A stretch of 64,000 bases of DNA. Origin: Oopsacas minuta. Its lineage: Eukaryota > Animalia > Porifera. The stretch lies in the NCBI GenBank assembly GCA_024704765.1, contig JAKMXF010000022.1:926898-990897 (forward strand). Direction: 5' to 3'. Both the position numbers and the translations under genes were made by a program. The notes beneath the pieces are model-generated. The model saw only the letters and a program-made list of their open reading frames with translations, searched no databases and was not told where the DNA came from. Positions 11,713-26,270 of the stretch are shown here, piece after piece. How positions within the stretch are numbered: position 1 is the first letter of the stretch; each line of letters begins with the position of its first letter.

Positions 11713-12649
11713 CAAAACTGTAGATTAAGCTAATTTGATATTATAGATTTTAAAGGAATGTAGTTAAGTGTATCTTAATGACGTAAGGTACATTAGGAAA
11801 TTATCCTTGTAAGATAATACATATACAACTACTATGATATGGGATATTTCATAGTTACCTCAAATGGTATAATTATGTGGTTTTTATATAAAAAGTGCTT
11901 GCGGCAAATTTCAGATTATTCAAGTGCATTATGAGATTAGCAATTCTCCAAGATATGTTAATTTCTATATTAATCGACCTCGTTCCTCGATTGCTTATAG
12001 ACAGGTATACATTTGCTTTAAGACTAAAATACTAGAATTATTTAATCTTGTCTATGTCATAAAAACTAAATTTATTCATGATGAACTTGGGGAATGCGAA
12101 ATTTAGAGTTCGCTTAAACGGGATCACACTCGCTGATTCTAAATTTCTCAATTTTATTAAAATTTTTAATAATAAACAACAGGAATTTATGACTATTTGG
12201 GAAATGTGGTTATTTATTAGAATCATATGCAATTACCTCAATTCAATATTCAAATATTGTAGACGGATACGTAACATCAAGTTTTAATTGTATCTTGCTG
12301 TTGATTAATTATATTCCAGGTTGTTATCCGTAAATAGCACAACTTTGATATTTCCGTCAATATACGTATACTACGATAACGCCACGCAGATTAAAATATA
12401 CTTGTTTCTCCCGACTGTCAGGAAATATTTTATTTGTATATTTTGCAAATTTAAGGATAATTCTTGGATCAAAGATTGTGCGATGCACATTTTACACTTG
12501 CATAGTTGAAATATTCAATAATTTTATTCCCATAGATAATGTAATGAGGTAATCGAATACGAATGGTCAAATATTTAAGATACAATCTTAAAAAATTATA
12601 ATAAAATACCTTCCGCCGTTCAAAAAGGTGCTTTTCGTCACGAACGTAA

Positions 12650-12676
12650 CACTTCGGCCGTATTCGGTTAATCTAG
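12650..12676 (+). mobile_element. Possible Helitron 3' terminus
   Basis: Short CCG-TATT-CGG hairpin followed by TTAAT-CTAG|T. No 5' end was found. Confidence 0.3.
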
Positions 12677-13316
12677 TTTGCAGACTAAATGCACTTTGTT
12701 TAAAGAACTAACAACAATGGTGAATATACATTATCAAAGAGTTAGCGCCATTCTACCCACTCAATATTGCAATGTCTAACGAATCATTTTTGTTAACATA
12801 GTGTGTAGATGTGTGATAGCTATTGGATTAGCTTAATAGCTTTGCAGATACAATTATTAAGATAAAATTGTTTTTGATTATAAAGAGAAAACATAACTTT
12901 TGGAGATTTGATCGTCTTTGTTACTGAAAAATTGCAATAATGGGATTATTATCGCTTGATATTGATAAATTGTTTACAAACATTAGATTTATCTTGCTAA
13001 AGAAATCATTATAAGATGATGGTGAGTTGTGTTGTCATATTTGTTTGTACCTAATTTTACATTTCAAAATAAATAATTTTGGTTAAATTGTATATTTGCT
13101 TAATTTATTTAATATCTTTTTAATACATTAATATTGTATAAATTCAAGAATAAGAACATATTACACTTTCCGATTTCCCTTCTTTATTTCATGGTTGAAT
13201 AGCCACAATTATACATTTAATTCCTGGTCCTGTCAACTACCATCAAATTCACATGGCCTGACAACAACTTGTAATTTGATTATGTTCCTTATCCATGTTT
13301 TCTGATTAGTACACAG

Positions 13317-14372
13317 ATAAAAAGATTGAGGATGAAAGTGACTCTGATTGGGATGATATGACAACACAGCCAATAGTTGAGCCATCCACGAATTCTGAAC
13401 GATCAAAGTTAACCAAGCTCAGCTATATTGAAGATAACAGTAATCACAGTAATGACAAAGTAGACCAAATCCAACCAGGTAGGTCATTTGATAGTTATCT
13501 TGCTTATAATTATATTCATTATTCTACAAGCATATTGCCGCATTCGACTGTGATCATTGAATTTTATCATTTATCCATTTCTTTACCGGACCTGGTATAA
13601 TATACGTCTTATGTAATCCTGTGTTGTGGGATTATGCTAATTGTTTTAGAGAAATGGATAATAATTCAAAAACGTAATTTTGTTGTAGCTTCTCATTTCC
13701 TTCTTACCATCTTTTTGTAATGTTGATTCCTAACTAAGCAAATTGAAACTATAACCTATGCCACACTAGATTGCAGACTAATCACATTATAGCAATTATT
13801 TGCTATATCTCACCAGCTATAAACCAGTATTATATTTGGACCTATGATTTGTAGTATTTCATCTAAATGTATCTAACTTTAATAGTGACTTGTTGTTATG
13901 ATTCGCAAGGGTTTTGAGTTACAGATAATTGTTTTGATTCTCTTTTTGCCCAATAATATTTTCTAGCAGAAAGGCATATTTTTTGGAACGAGAATTAATG
14001 CAATATAACAGACTAAGTTCCAATTTATTTTAGTTTGCAAATGCATACGAAGCAGGTTAATTTACTGATACAACCACACAATTCTGCAACAGTTTCTTAA
14101 AAGTAATTTTCACTTCCATTCCTTTCAGAATTCTGACCCAAGATAACGTTTAGTGCTGTGTTATAGCTTAATTTGCATTCACGTAACAGTAATCATACAC
14201 CAACTTGATTGGAGTACAAACTCTAGAATTCACTATCTCATAGCGACCAAAAGTTACCCAATATGTAAGATAAAGGCAACATTATCATGATTCTAGTAAA
14301 GTATTACCTCTTATTGCAGACTAACCGATAAGTTGTTTACTAGTGTAATTTTTTCAATATCTTGCAAATTAT

Positions 14373-14463
<91 letters not shown>

Positions 14464-17400
14464 TTGCTTATAGCTCAACCTTCAGTTAATCTTCAATCGG
14501 TTCAGTCTGTAAGACAGGAGTCTAAAGTTCAACAAATGCAAGTAGGAGTCCCTCTAGGCATCTCTCGCACACTGCCTAAACCAAGTCACTCAATTCCAAC
14601 ACCTCCTATCTCCAACAACCCTAGACAGGGTAGGAGGCGAAAAGAACGGTCGATGGACCCTCCCTATGAGTTTAGGTACTAACATGGGTATTGTCTGCAC
14701 CTAACATGATATGATACTGTTGTAATGAGAATCGTATTTTATTTATTACATGTAATATCGCACAAGATTAGTCTAGTAAGCGATACCCTAAGGAGTTCAA
14801 ATGGTGTAATTCACACTTAGTTTGTTTGGTCTTTGTACATTCGATTTGAAAAATACATATCCTGATTAAAAATGCAGGAGTGTGCTGAGGGTACTTCAAT
14901 GTGAATTCTTGGATTTGCCAAGTCTATAATATTAGATAGTGTCCCTTTAATTTATCAACTTTGACTATTTTCAACTAACTGCTGTACTATTCAATATATA
15001 GTAATTGCGTTATTGTCTGAGTGCTATGTCGATAGTTACAATAACCAATTAATATCTTTATTCACATGTTAAACCGTATTTATTTCATAGTTTACTTGTG
15101 TAAAGTTAGAGTTTATTGGAAATGGTTACACATAAACCTTTGTTTTCTAAAATCAGATAATTATTAGATTAATTATATATTTAATATCTAATTAAACTCT
15201 AATTGGAGAAAAGGATCATAATTGCATTAAACTAGACGAAACATGTTTATTGTAAATTGTCAGATTCATACATAGTGACATTTGATACTTTTCTTTCGTA
15301 GAACTCTCACTGATGAAAGTGATAAGTACAGCCTCACGAAAGCTGTGTCAGCTCCACTGAAATCAAACAAACAATACCATACTGATCAAGTTGCTTACAA
15401 AAGTCGGAGTTATGTAACAAAGAGGAATTCTTGGGATGAAGTTCGTGATAACACTCGTGTTTTACATTATTAGTATTTTAGTTTGGTAATAGTTATCCAT
15501 CCCATACACACCAGATTCGCAAGGGTTACATAACATATGCATTTGTGGTTGAATTGTACTGAATCAAATACAATTATTTAATACAGTCTACTCCGCTTGG
15601 CATGGCAAGCGCGGCCCGTCCCTTTGTGAAGTTATACGGCGAGAAATTTAATGTATTCGAATTTGGTCATGCGAAGCCGCAGAAGTTTCGTATACGTTCA
15701 GGCACTCATCACTAATAGCATTGTACGGATGGAATTTAACTTACAACCTGTTTACAATGTGTACAGTTATATACGAAAAATAAAAAATCATCAAATTATT
15801 AACAAATTGTATATTTTCGAACAGACTGTATGGAACAGACAAAGGTGGTATACCAAAGCTAGCAATCATTAACGCAGTACCGTGCTTCGCCGCACCTTCC
15901 GTACCGAGTCTATATGGTTAAACTATCTATCCTATACCAAAACTTACCTAATTTCAATGTTTATATGAATAAGATTGTATTCGGATTTCTATATTACTTA
16001 TTACAATAATCAACTTTAAAATATAAAACATTTGTAGCGAATAGCAAATATATAAATTATGACTGTTCGAAAGGGGTGCGTTCAAAGCAATGGGGGATAA
16101 GATCATTCAAACCTACCTAACCCCCTGTCTATGGCCGAATGAGCCTGCTAACCATGAAACATTACACTTATCCAATGTTTCATGGTTAGCACCTGGAAGT
16201 TGCACAGATGTTTATCTGAAAACGTATTATATCTATATCATATTTCAGGTCGCGAATTCTTTTTAGGAAGTTGATCCTATCGGAAGCTACTTTTAAAACT
16301 GTACCTAATAATGTAATTTATCTATAAATTTCTTGTTTTACTGGTTATAATGTCTAACGAGCATCTGGTAAATGCTTCGGACACTATACGTCAGATTTCC
16401 TGACAAAATATCAGTTTGCAGTTAATTCCTGTAAGTGTGCTATGTATTTTTGTTGAGATTCTCTAGATATCATACATATGCTAATATGTATATTATCCTT
16501 AATTCATCTTCATCTCATTAATTTACAATTTAGGAGATATTTGTAATTTCATATTAAAGTACATATTTTGTAATTGCAGGTGAGTGAAATACCAGAAGAT
16601 AACTCTCCTACACTTATAGACAGGACGGTAGAAACAGTTACAACTCCTCAAGATACAATTACAGTAAGACTTTCAGGGGTAACAGCTCAGTCAATAGAAA
16701 ATAATATCACTTCTCCACTCAAGTACGATATATTTCCTCAAGTAAGATTACTCATGTATCAAAAAATAATGACTTACATTACAGTAATCGTACTGAAATT
16801 ATGTATATTAATTGGGTAGTACAATTCATTCTGCTTTCTATCCTTTTGGGTATTTTTTGCGAATATTATATTTCCCTCTATTTATCATATACAAGCACAC
16901 AATTATGAAAAATATTACACGCAGCCCTGCTCATGACGCAGATACATTTACACTACCAGAAACCAGTAATCCTCAATTGAATCCTGATACAGAACGGATG
17001 AATGTAAGAACACTCCAAACTTTGATTGACCATCTAAATTACATATATTTGTACTTATTAGTTGTATGTTCAACGCAATGGAAACATCCCAGAAATTATA
17101 GCTACCCGGTCACTTAGTCCAGCTGTCCAGTTATCTCCCCGTGACACTCCCCATGGGATACATTTCAATTCAACCAAGATTAACGATGGGTCAGTCAAAT
17201 TCTTCTCTATATAGTTATTTTCAATATTATTTTTGTTATACACGCAAAATGAATTTAGAATTAATAGAATTATTTATTTATACATTTTTCAGGATTTATA
17301 TTTTCGAAGAAATGAGTAGAGACCATGTTGAATACGAAAGAGATCTTCAGGAAGTTTACATGATGAACTTCGCAGTAAGGTCTGTTGCCGCAGTAATTTC

Positions 17401-17862
17401 CTTTGAAATGCGAACTTTCTGAGTAATATGATTTGTATTCAAAAATTTTTTCACAAAAATATGCTAATTAGGTTTGAAAGAAAGATTCAAAGATTTTGGC
17501 AAGAGGCTTTCGGTTGTTTGCGGTTATGCACAAGTTTTTTTACATTTTTCTTTCTTGAGTGTCTGCGTTTCTTTCTACGCCATCTATTTCAAAAACTATG
17601 CATCGGTTTGTTAATTATTTTCGCAGACCATGTGTGGAAGCCTCTCTTACAGTGCTGTTATAACGGCTGTATAATGCCAGGATGTGTATTATGTGCTAAT
17701 ACCAGCTCTTCATTTATGCAAGTATTGAAGCCAATATTAGGCTGTGTTTATAGCTTACTGAGAGAGATGGGCAAGTGTTGTAGAAGTGTTCGGCTGTGTG
17801 AGAGTGTTTACCCTGGCAGCATGCATAAAGAATACACTCGTGTTAACGCGCATGATATTTAA
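13317..17862 (+). CDS. Multi-exon gene of unknown function with low-complexity N-terminal exons and a Cys-rich hydrophobic C-terminal domain
   Basis: Phase-compatible exons are 13317-13478, 14474-14675 and 15302-(end uncertain), then 16580-16741, an exon ending at 17003, and 17062-17189, 17293-17379, 17472-17862 (stop). The start and some middle junctions are unresolved, so this could be two genes. Confidence 0.6.
14378..14462 (+). repeat. (TAA)28 microsatellite
   Basis: Uninterrupted trinucleotide run ending about 10 nt before the splice acceptor at 14472-14473. Confidence 0.97.
15600..15910. repeat. Pair of GC-rich hairpin motifs, possibly Helitron termini
   Basis: GCGAAGC at 15671-15677 (+) and its complement GCTTCGC at 15884-15890, each in a short GC-rich patch. 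Confidence 0.35.
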
Positions 17863-18554
17863 GCGATGTTATGCAATAATGTGTATATGACATTAACATT
17901 CAACATCATTCATAAACTACACATCATTGTATATTCGATATTATACTTTTCAACCCTGAACTCAATACGCCTTAAACTTATATAAATCTATCACTCACCT
18001 ATAATTATAATTTTTATGAAAGACACGAGATATTATTAAACAAATCAAGGTCAGCAATACACAATTACATTGCATTGTCTACCCTACGAGGTGCAATAAC
18101 ATGTCTAGGACATGTTTACTGATGTAATTTAACGATCTTGTCCATTGGTCTATAATTTGTGTTGTTCTTAGTTACGACCCCACTACCCTGAGTCACTGAA
18201 TTTGCCCAGTTCATAGACTGTCTGATGTCTTGTAGCTTAAGTCATTCCAAAAATCAAATAATTTATTCAATTATACCTAAATCAAATTTCAACTATAACA
18301 GAGACGCGGCATTGTTATGTGAATAACAAACATGGTGTTACAACAGACAATTATGAAGATGTAATTCACTTAATCCAGATAAAGTCTCAGTACCTAATAC
18401 ATTACAGGACTGACAGTTTATATGTATAATGTTACTCATTATGCTTAATATTTATTAATTACTTGATAATTGGTCTAACAATGCTATCAGCCATTTTTAC
18501 CATCAACAATACTCACTACTGTACCAAAAACTATATACAAAGGGTATTCATTTA

Positions 18555-19854
18555 ATTCGTAACTCTTAGAATATTTGTATTATATAAGTGAGATAAGCCT
18601 CAAATGCTACTATAAATGTTCAAAGTAGTCTCCCTTGTGCTCAACTACAAGCTTTAAACGCTCTATCCACTTGAAAAATGTTTTTTTATAATCTTCTTGT
18701 GGTATGTCTCTGAGGTACCGTTGGATGGCCCTTCCAATTTGCATCCGTTCTCCAAAAACTGTACCTGCTAGGTGTTTTTGAGCCCATCGAATAGCCAGAA
18801 GTCGCAAGGTGCTAGGTCAGGGCTATAGGGTGGATGTTCCAATTCCTCAAGACCTATAGAAGCAATCTTTTCCTTGACTTCCTTAGATTTGTGCGGTCTG
18901 GCATTATCATGCAAAATTTTGATTCCTCTAAGACCCGTGGCTGGCCGACGTTCAATATAATGTTTTTCGATTTCCGGAAGAACAACTGTTGCATAAAAGT
19001 GCCCGGTAACTGTTTGCCCCTTAGGAGTACAGATTTGGCAGACTGGACCGTGTGCATCGAAAAATATGGTGTACATTACTTTGGTGGCCCAATGATCCAG
19101 TCTTGGTAGTGCTGGGGGAGAACTCCCTTTTACAATCCATACCTTGTTCTGTTCTTTGCGAGTTGGCTCTGAATATCTTATCCACGTTTCATCACCGGTA
19201 CATATTTCAAATAGTCGCCTCTCATCACATTGATCATACTTTTCAAGCAGATTTTTGCAATTCTCACCCGGGTCTTCTTTTGAGTCTGATTCAACAAATA
19301 TGGGACCCAACGTGAGCAAACCTTGGACATACCAAGATGCTTGGTCAGAATTGCATGAACACTTCCCGTTGACAAAGTTAGGCTGGTAGCTAACTGCTCT
19401 ATCGTAATATGGGGATCAGAGTCACACATTTCAGCTACAAGAGCAATATTGTTTGGAGTGGTAGCAATTATAGGTTGCCCCATCCGAGGGTCATCTTCAA
19501 CCGACACCCTACCTTCACGAAAACGTAGACTCCACTTCTTAACGGTTGATTCCGAACAGGCCTCCCCACCATATACCTGTACTAAATCTTGGTGAATATT
19601 CCTTGGCGTATCGCCGAGTAATGAGCGGATTTTGATGTATGCTTTTTGTTCAAGTAGAAATTCATTAGATTTTGAAGCCATAAATTCCTCTGTGGTTGCT
19701 ATAACCTATCTTCAAAAGGGTGTATGTCAAAAAATATCAAATCAATTTCCACAAAGTATAGTGTCCTAAATAGACGAAAATCTAAGCTATAAATTAGATG
19801 CAAATAGTAAATACATGTGGTTAAACAATAATAGCAATAGCTAGGGTTACGAAC
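18555..19854 (-). mobile_element. Mariner (DD34D) transposon, 1300 bp
   Basis: TA flanks at 18553-18554 and 19855-19856, imperfect ~28-bp TIRs (ATTCGTAACTCTTAG vs GTTCGTAACCCTAG), and an internal transposase. Confidence 0.8.
18610..19681 (-). pseudogene. Mariner transposase with two frameshifts
   Basis: Three overlapping ORFs give the HTH region, SRWVP, TGDETW, HDNARPH and HPPYSPDLAPCDF (34 residues between the second and third Asp), and a C-terminal KHLAG...WIERLKLVVEHKGDYFE. Confidence 0.93.
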
Positions 19855-21697
19855 TACTTGAAATCCCTTTGTATTAATAATCGACTTTTCATTGTAAACA
19901 TTTATCATTTATATATCACAAAACTTCAGAAATTGAAATGATAAGTTCAATCGTTGATAATTTACCAAAATTAGCAATTGGTCAGTTTTTAAAATTTTAT
20001 CTGCCAACTCTTACTTAATTTATTTATTCAATAGATTCTCTCCTTAGATTAAATAAAATATTATCATTGATTATAATTAATAACTGATACATTATATATA
20101 CACTGAGTGCGTCTTTGAGAGTAATAATTGATATGAATTTATACAATTACTGTATTTGAGCATAAATACCTACTTATTAACTGGCGATATTTAATTCACT
20201 ACAGTCGACTCATCTTAATTGGTACGATTAAACTTGTAACCGATTTTGTATTATCTCTAGCATGAATTTATTCCTGGAAAACTCAAACGTAATAAACACA
20301 ACATTCCACGACTATACATTCAAAATCTAGGCAGTATATTACTTTTCAATTTCCGGTAGTCCTGAGTAAGAAGTGGCCAGGTAATTTTTTGGTGGGTAAT
20401 ACAAAATATATAAGTGGATTCGCATTCCTATAGTTCATAGATAAAACCAATGTTATTTTCGTATTAAATTACTTCTCTGATTTGTTTACCAAATACGTGT
20501 GACATGGTTAGTAAGTTCTTACATTATTCCGTCTATGTCGAATTTCATCATGAGTAACGCTTCGGTTAATTTTATCTAAAATCGTAATAATTAAATGTAT
20601 ATTTTCCAGGATTATAATTTTAATTAATTCGGATTTGTACCTTATGTGTGTTATCTCTACTCAAAGTTTGGTCCACACTTGTTTAGAATATTGAAATTAC
20701 TTATGGTCATTCTGGTTATTATTTGAACTCAACTATTTGATTCATGGACGTTTCTATGTTGTTGTAACTCGAAATAATACTGTGAAAATTATTATATTTC
20801 AAGATTTTTTGATTAGTCTGCATGTTCGAAATAGATTTTACTTAGAAAAAACCAGTGCTGAATTCATTTAAGGTTTAATTTGCAATACCAACTATAGTTT
20901 CTTGATTGTGCTTTGTGAATCTCTTCTGTTTAAATTTACCAACAAAGATTGGAATATCATTAGTGATAACCAGAAAGTGATGTACTGAGTTCGGATTATT
21001 AAATCTATTCTACCTACAATACTCCTCCAATGATTAAATATCGTACAGAATAGTTTGTAAATGTACCCTCAATCCATCCCCGATACAAATTCGTAACAAT
21101 TGAGCATTCGATTATTGAGCTCATTTTGACGGGAGAGAAATAGCTTACAGGACAATTGTTGATCCTCATTATTATACATTTTAAATATAAGTCTAAAGAT
21201 CACGGGAAAATATTGGCAATCTCTGTCTACGAAATAAGTCTTAACCGATGTCCTAACGACTGGAGGTGATTATCTTGACAATAAACACTATTACCCTCAG
21301 TTATATTAATGTATCCACAAATGTATCCACAAAAATATCCATAATTAGAAATTGCAGTCATGATTTTATTGTACTAATTAGAATAATAATCAATTGTGAA
21401 TAATAATGAGATTAATTAAGTTAAAAATCTATGCTAATTCGAAAATTGCGTTAACTCTCCCCCGTCATAATCACATGCAGTTATTCCTACTAATTCCAGG
21501 TTAAACATAAACTCGTCTTTAATAATTAGGCTTTTAAGTGCATTACATCTTAACTATAGCCATCATTATTATGTTGTATTATTTAATATTACACTATTCA
21601 TAAACATATACAGTAAATGCCGCATTCTCTGGCTCGACACCTTGGAATAATGATTTCGCCTCGAATAATCCATGTAAAGTATTTTCTGTATATGAGT

Positions 21698-22003
21698 AGG
21701 CTTCCCTATTTCATGGACCGAGCCGGACGGAACATTTTGATATTGATACCCTATTTTACGAAATGGAACAGGCAATTTTTAAAATAATTGTAGCTTGCAA
21801 CCAATTTGGCGTATTGACTTATTGACGTCAAATGTCATATCTGATACATGACAACCGTTGTTTAACACTATTTTGTGATTTTCAAGGTAAAGATGTGGCA
21901 ATCACATATTTGAATTGCCTCAGATAAAATCCGTTCCGTTTGGTCAAGATTTTGTAAAAAGAGCCTCAAATGGTCTGTTACATTCCGTGAAATAGGGAAG
22001 GCC
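21698..22003. mobile_element. Degenerate MITE-like element
   Basis: About 20-bp inverted termini (GGCTTCCCTATTTCATGGA vs TCCGTGAAATAGGGAAGGCC). No clear TSD. Confidence 0.45.
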
Positions 22004-22676
22004 ATATTAGTAACTTGGGAAATTCGTCCTGATTTTCGTTGATCATATGTTGATCTAATAATAGTACTTATATCAATATCAACTTATCACACGGTTGCAA
22101 CCAAATAGTTGGATATTCACTTTAACCAAATAATATTTTGTAAATAGTAGATATTCTGAATCAGCATTTGGTACTCGATTGAAGCGGTTTAAACCCTGAA
22201 TATAATATACTTATATGAGTTAAACATTGATGCAAATTCGGGGAGATTAATTTATCTGGCTGTTTATTGCCGTTAGATATTTTAGATGAACGTAAATCTA
22301 GCCTATTTAATTCCCTATTATAGAATGGGAATTCGTATTTATATGACTAATATTTCCTCACACCCCATAGCGCAAATGATGTAGGATTATATATTAAACA
22401 TCTATATGTAACCTCATATACATTTCGCATGTGGTTTGCTAAGTTGCTTTTTGTGGTTCACTGCTCGTATATACATAAACCCTAGCTCCTAGTACAGGGT
22501 AGGAAGTGGATTTCAATACAAATTGTTAAATCATAAATCAACCATAGCGTATAGTACACAGCTATCAGTGTGTATCTCTCTTCAGTACAGATATATATAA
22601 GGCTTATCTTACCACCCAGCACATGTTGTAGAACTATAAATACATACAAATTAACTGTACATTTTTTATCATACAA

Positions 22677-25600
22677 ATGTCTAGTAATATTTCGAACGGA
22701 GATTATTTGTCTCAATATTTCCACCCGAATTACGAATATCAGGCTCCATATTCCAACTACTATCCTGAGCCCGCCAATCATATCCTTCCTTGCCCACCTT
22801 CATCTAATGGTAAGTTCAGTTATTAAACTTTCTCTATAAATTTATACTAAATATTTGGGTTAATCTAAAACAAATCTCAATTTAACATTGAAATTCTCAT
22901 TTAATAAAATTGCAAATTAATTTTAATTGTCTTTCTTTTAAAGTGAAGTTCATTTAATATGTCTAATCTATGTAAGTAATTATTATTTTATAAAATTTAA
23001 TTAATTAAAAGTAACATATATAAATCTTAAGATGAATCACATAATTTATAAATAATACTATTTCTAGACTGTTATCCCATAATCTGCTATGGATGTCATC
23101 ACCCTATCATCGATACTTATGTCATGAAGGCGCTGGACAGGTCGTGGCATCCAGCTTGTCTGAAATGTTACGAGTGTCAATCTCAGTTAACAGATAAATG
23201 CTATCCCAAAAACGGTGTGCTCTATTGTAGAAACGACTACTTTCGGTGAGTAATTATTTCTATCATATAATTCATATTTCTAGTAATAATTACTGTCATA
23301 ACATTTGTAGTCTGAATGAGAAATTACTCTCTAACCATCAAACACCAAAGTGTGCAGGATGCAATGACGTAATATTACCCAAACAGGTGATACGCTATGC
23401 ACAGAAAAACGTGTACCATCTCAACTGCTTCTCTTGCTACATGTGCTTGAGACAGTTGAATACAGGAGATCAGTTTTATATCCTTGAAGATAGGAGAGTT
23501 GTCTGTAAGCACGATTATGACAATGTCAGGAGTAGGGGTGAGTTTAAACTGAATATTCTCGTTAAATCAAGCGAATATATATACAGTCCCCGGCAAACAG
23601 TCTGGAATATTGTTGATAAAATGCGAATATTCTAGTATTGGAACAAAAGGTTACAACATTATTATTTCAGAACGTTTTTCTCAACCTATAGTGGAATGAA
23701 TTACTATATTAAGGTAGGCTAATATTATCATCAATAATAATAGGAAGTAATTAGTAAATAATATTATCAGGATATTCCTGCGTAAATTCAATAAAATTGA
23801 AAAATAATGAAATATTCCAGACTTTTTGTTGGGACTGTAGCTGCATATTTTAATCAGTCTAGGCTGTCTAGTAAGAATAATATAAATGTTTCCTTGTGAA
23901 TTCTTAAGTTGCTTTGTGCTTGTCGATAAGATGATTTATGTAGATTTATTATGTTATCAAGATAGTATTTTGCAGACATAGTAAAGTGTATGCAAACCCT
24001 GCTTCAAAATCATTCCAATGAAGTGAGAGCTGTAAACAGAATTTGCCTCTGTTGTGCTACTAATTATTCTCATTTCAATAGTAAATATTTAGAATTATTT
24101 ACTGACTAGATAATTTTCCCAAGCATTAAGATAATTAATTGCTTTCCGATTATACTTCAAACGAATTGTCATATTAAGAATTCTGAAAATTTATATTATT
24201 TAAGATTAACTAAATTCAATTTGCAATCGATATAAAAGCCAATTAGGAAGGATTGCATTTCAGCAATAATTTACATCAGAGTACCATCAGTCAAATTTTA
24301 AAATATATCTTAAAATCTTTGAGTATAACTAACTATCAACATTTTACATGACTTGCTCATTTGTAACCTAATCGTTCATCTTAACAAATCATACATTCCT
24401 TATTTATTGACGAAATAGATTAATTCTATTTTAAATATTTTAGAAGTTGATTTAGAAGTTCACCAGAAAAGGCCTCGAACAAGTATAACCTCCAATCAAG
24501 TCGATTTACTCAAAAATGCTTACAACCGGAGCTCAAAACCCTCTAGACAGACCCGTGAACAGTTGGCACAAGAAACAAGCTTAGATATGCGAGTTGTTCA
24601 GGTGAGTGATCTACTTGAATCATGCATGGTAGATCTGGTTACAATACAAGTTGTAACAGTAACATCGAATATGCTAAACCATATTTCCTGATTTAGCACA
24701 TGTTAGCTATATCTGGGTTACACGTAATAGTCCTTTTTGAAAGTAATATTTCATTGAAATACCTTACTCATGATTTCAATTGATAAATACATAAATTTCG
24801 TCTGTGAAAACGTAGGCTACAGGACCTAATGAAGTAATTATAATTTGTCAAGTCAATAAAATACACTATATGGTCTTGTCAATGGCAGTTTCTACTCAAA
24901 TTGGATATCAAATTTGTAATATTGGAACTTACCATGTGAATCATATAATGTCTAATATTTTTCGTTTTCACTCCGTTATGGATATTAATCCTGATATGGA
25001 GAGTACCCTGAGTTGTGTCCAATACTAATAATAGGTTATATGTCTACTCTTAGGTCTGGTTTCAAAACAGAAGAGCCAAAGAAAAACGACTGAAAAAGGA
25101 ATCTCGAACTAAAACAGTTCCTTATCAAATAAAAAGAGAAACAGACAATAAACCGTCAAAAGAAGATACACACCCACTTTGTAACCCTAAAGTACTATCT
25201 AATCGTTTCTCTTCAGATAAAATCGGTTGTATAGATCCAAACACTCCACCAATGCAGAGCTTTGAACCTCTAGAGTCTAATCCAGGTAAGTGATGATTCC
25301 ATCGTTCAATAACTACTTTATCCATGAATTATCTAACTAACTAAATTAACACAGTATTAATTCTACAGTATATTATAACACTGCTTAGAAAGCACTTAAT
25401 TATTCATTGGCTCATTCAACGATAATTAAGTCACACTTAAAATACTGTTATCATCCCATTAAAGGTTGTTAATCACCATACCTTACTTCAGACTGTATTT
25501 CCTTGACATTTGGAGTGTCACTCTTTACATAATGTCACTGTATCGGGTTTGAGTTAGCGCTCTGTGATATGGTAATTTTCAATATTAATTATAGCAATGA

Positions 25601-25842
25601 GTTCATCATTTACTTTATAATATAATGTCCCAAATTATTTAATTTATATTATTCTCTATTTAGAAGAATGTCAAACACTATCACCGCATCACTTAGAGCA
25701 CTCGCAACCTCTTCTAGAAGGTCTAGACATGATGAGAAGCTACACACATTCAGAACCTGACTGGCATCCATCACAAATTCAAAAATACGAAACACCCCTT
25801 CTAGAACCATTCACAACTAATTACATCACTCCAAACTACTAG
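22677..25842 (+). CDS. LHX3: LIM-homeodomain transcription factor, Lhx3/4 class; exons 22677-22809, 23068-23245, 23311-23537, 24444-24601, 25054-25285, 25664-25842; about 368 aa
   Basis: Two LIM domains (CYGCHHPI...WHPACLKC...YCRNDY and CAGCNDVI...YHLNCFSC...CKHDY) and a homeodomain KRPRTSIT...[10 protein letters not shown]|[15 protein letters not shown]. All junctions are GT-AG and phase-compatible. The symbol denotes the Lhx3/4 orthology group. Confidence 0.92.
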
Positions 25843-26270
25843 CATGCTACACCGTAATCTCATTCAAATGTGGAAAGCCCTCTGTATATTTGTTATTTGG
25901 GGATAGCTAGATATTTTTATTTGCACAATAATGCATTTTCAGCTAATATTTGTTTTGATTAATTCAATATCAAAATGGTGAAATCATTTCTTGTTTAACT
26001 ATGGGATGGGATATCAATAGATTTGAGATTGGTATGAGACTATGAGTTAAAATGGGATTGAGAATAATTGTAAGGGGAAAGAGAAAATGATCGGAAATTT
26101 CATTGTACTTGTTAGTCTTTAAACGTCAATAGAGTTTCCTTTTCTCGATTTCCAGTAGGCCAAATGGTTTGTTAGAATTTTTTCACTTATTTCTGAATTT
26201 GAAATATTGCATTTACGATAATTTTTCAGACATAGAAAACTTTTCGAATATTCCCACTTTTTGCTGTATA

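Noticed and set aside
18085-18125. TACGAGGTGCAAT mariner-like terminus with an ACATGTC-TAG-GACATGT palindrome
   Set aside because: No matching inverted copy was found, and the true mariner ends fit 18555 and 19854 better. It is possibly a solo relic.
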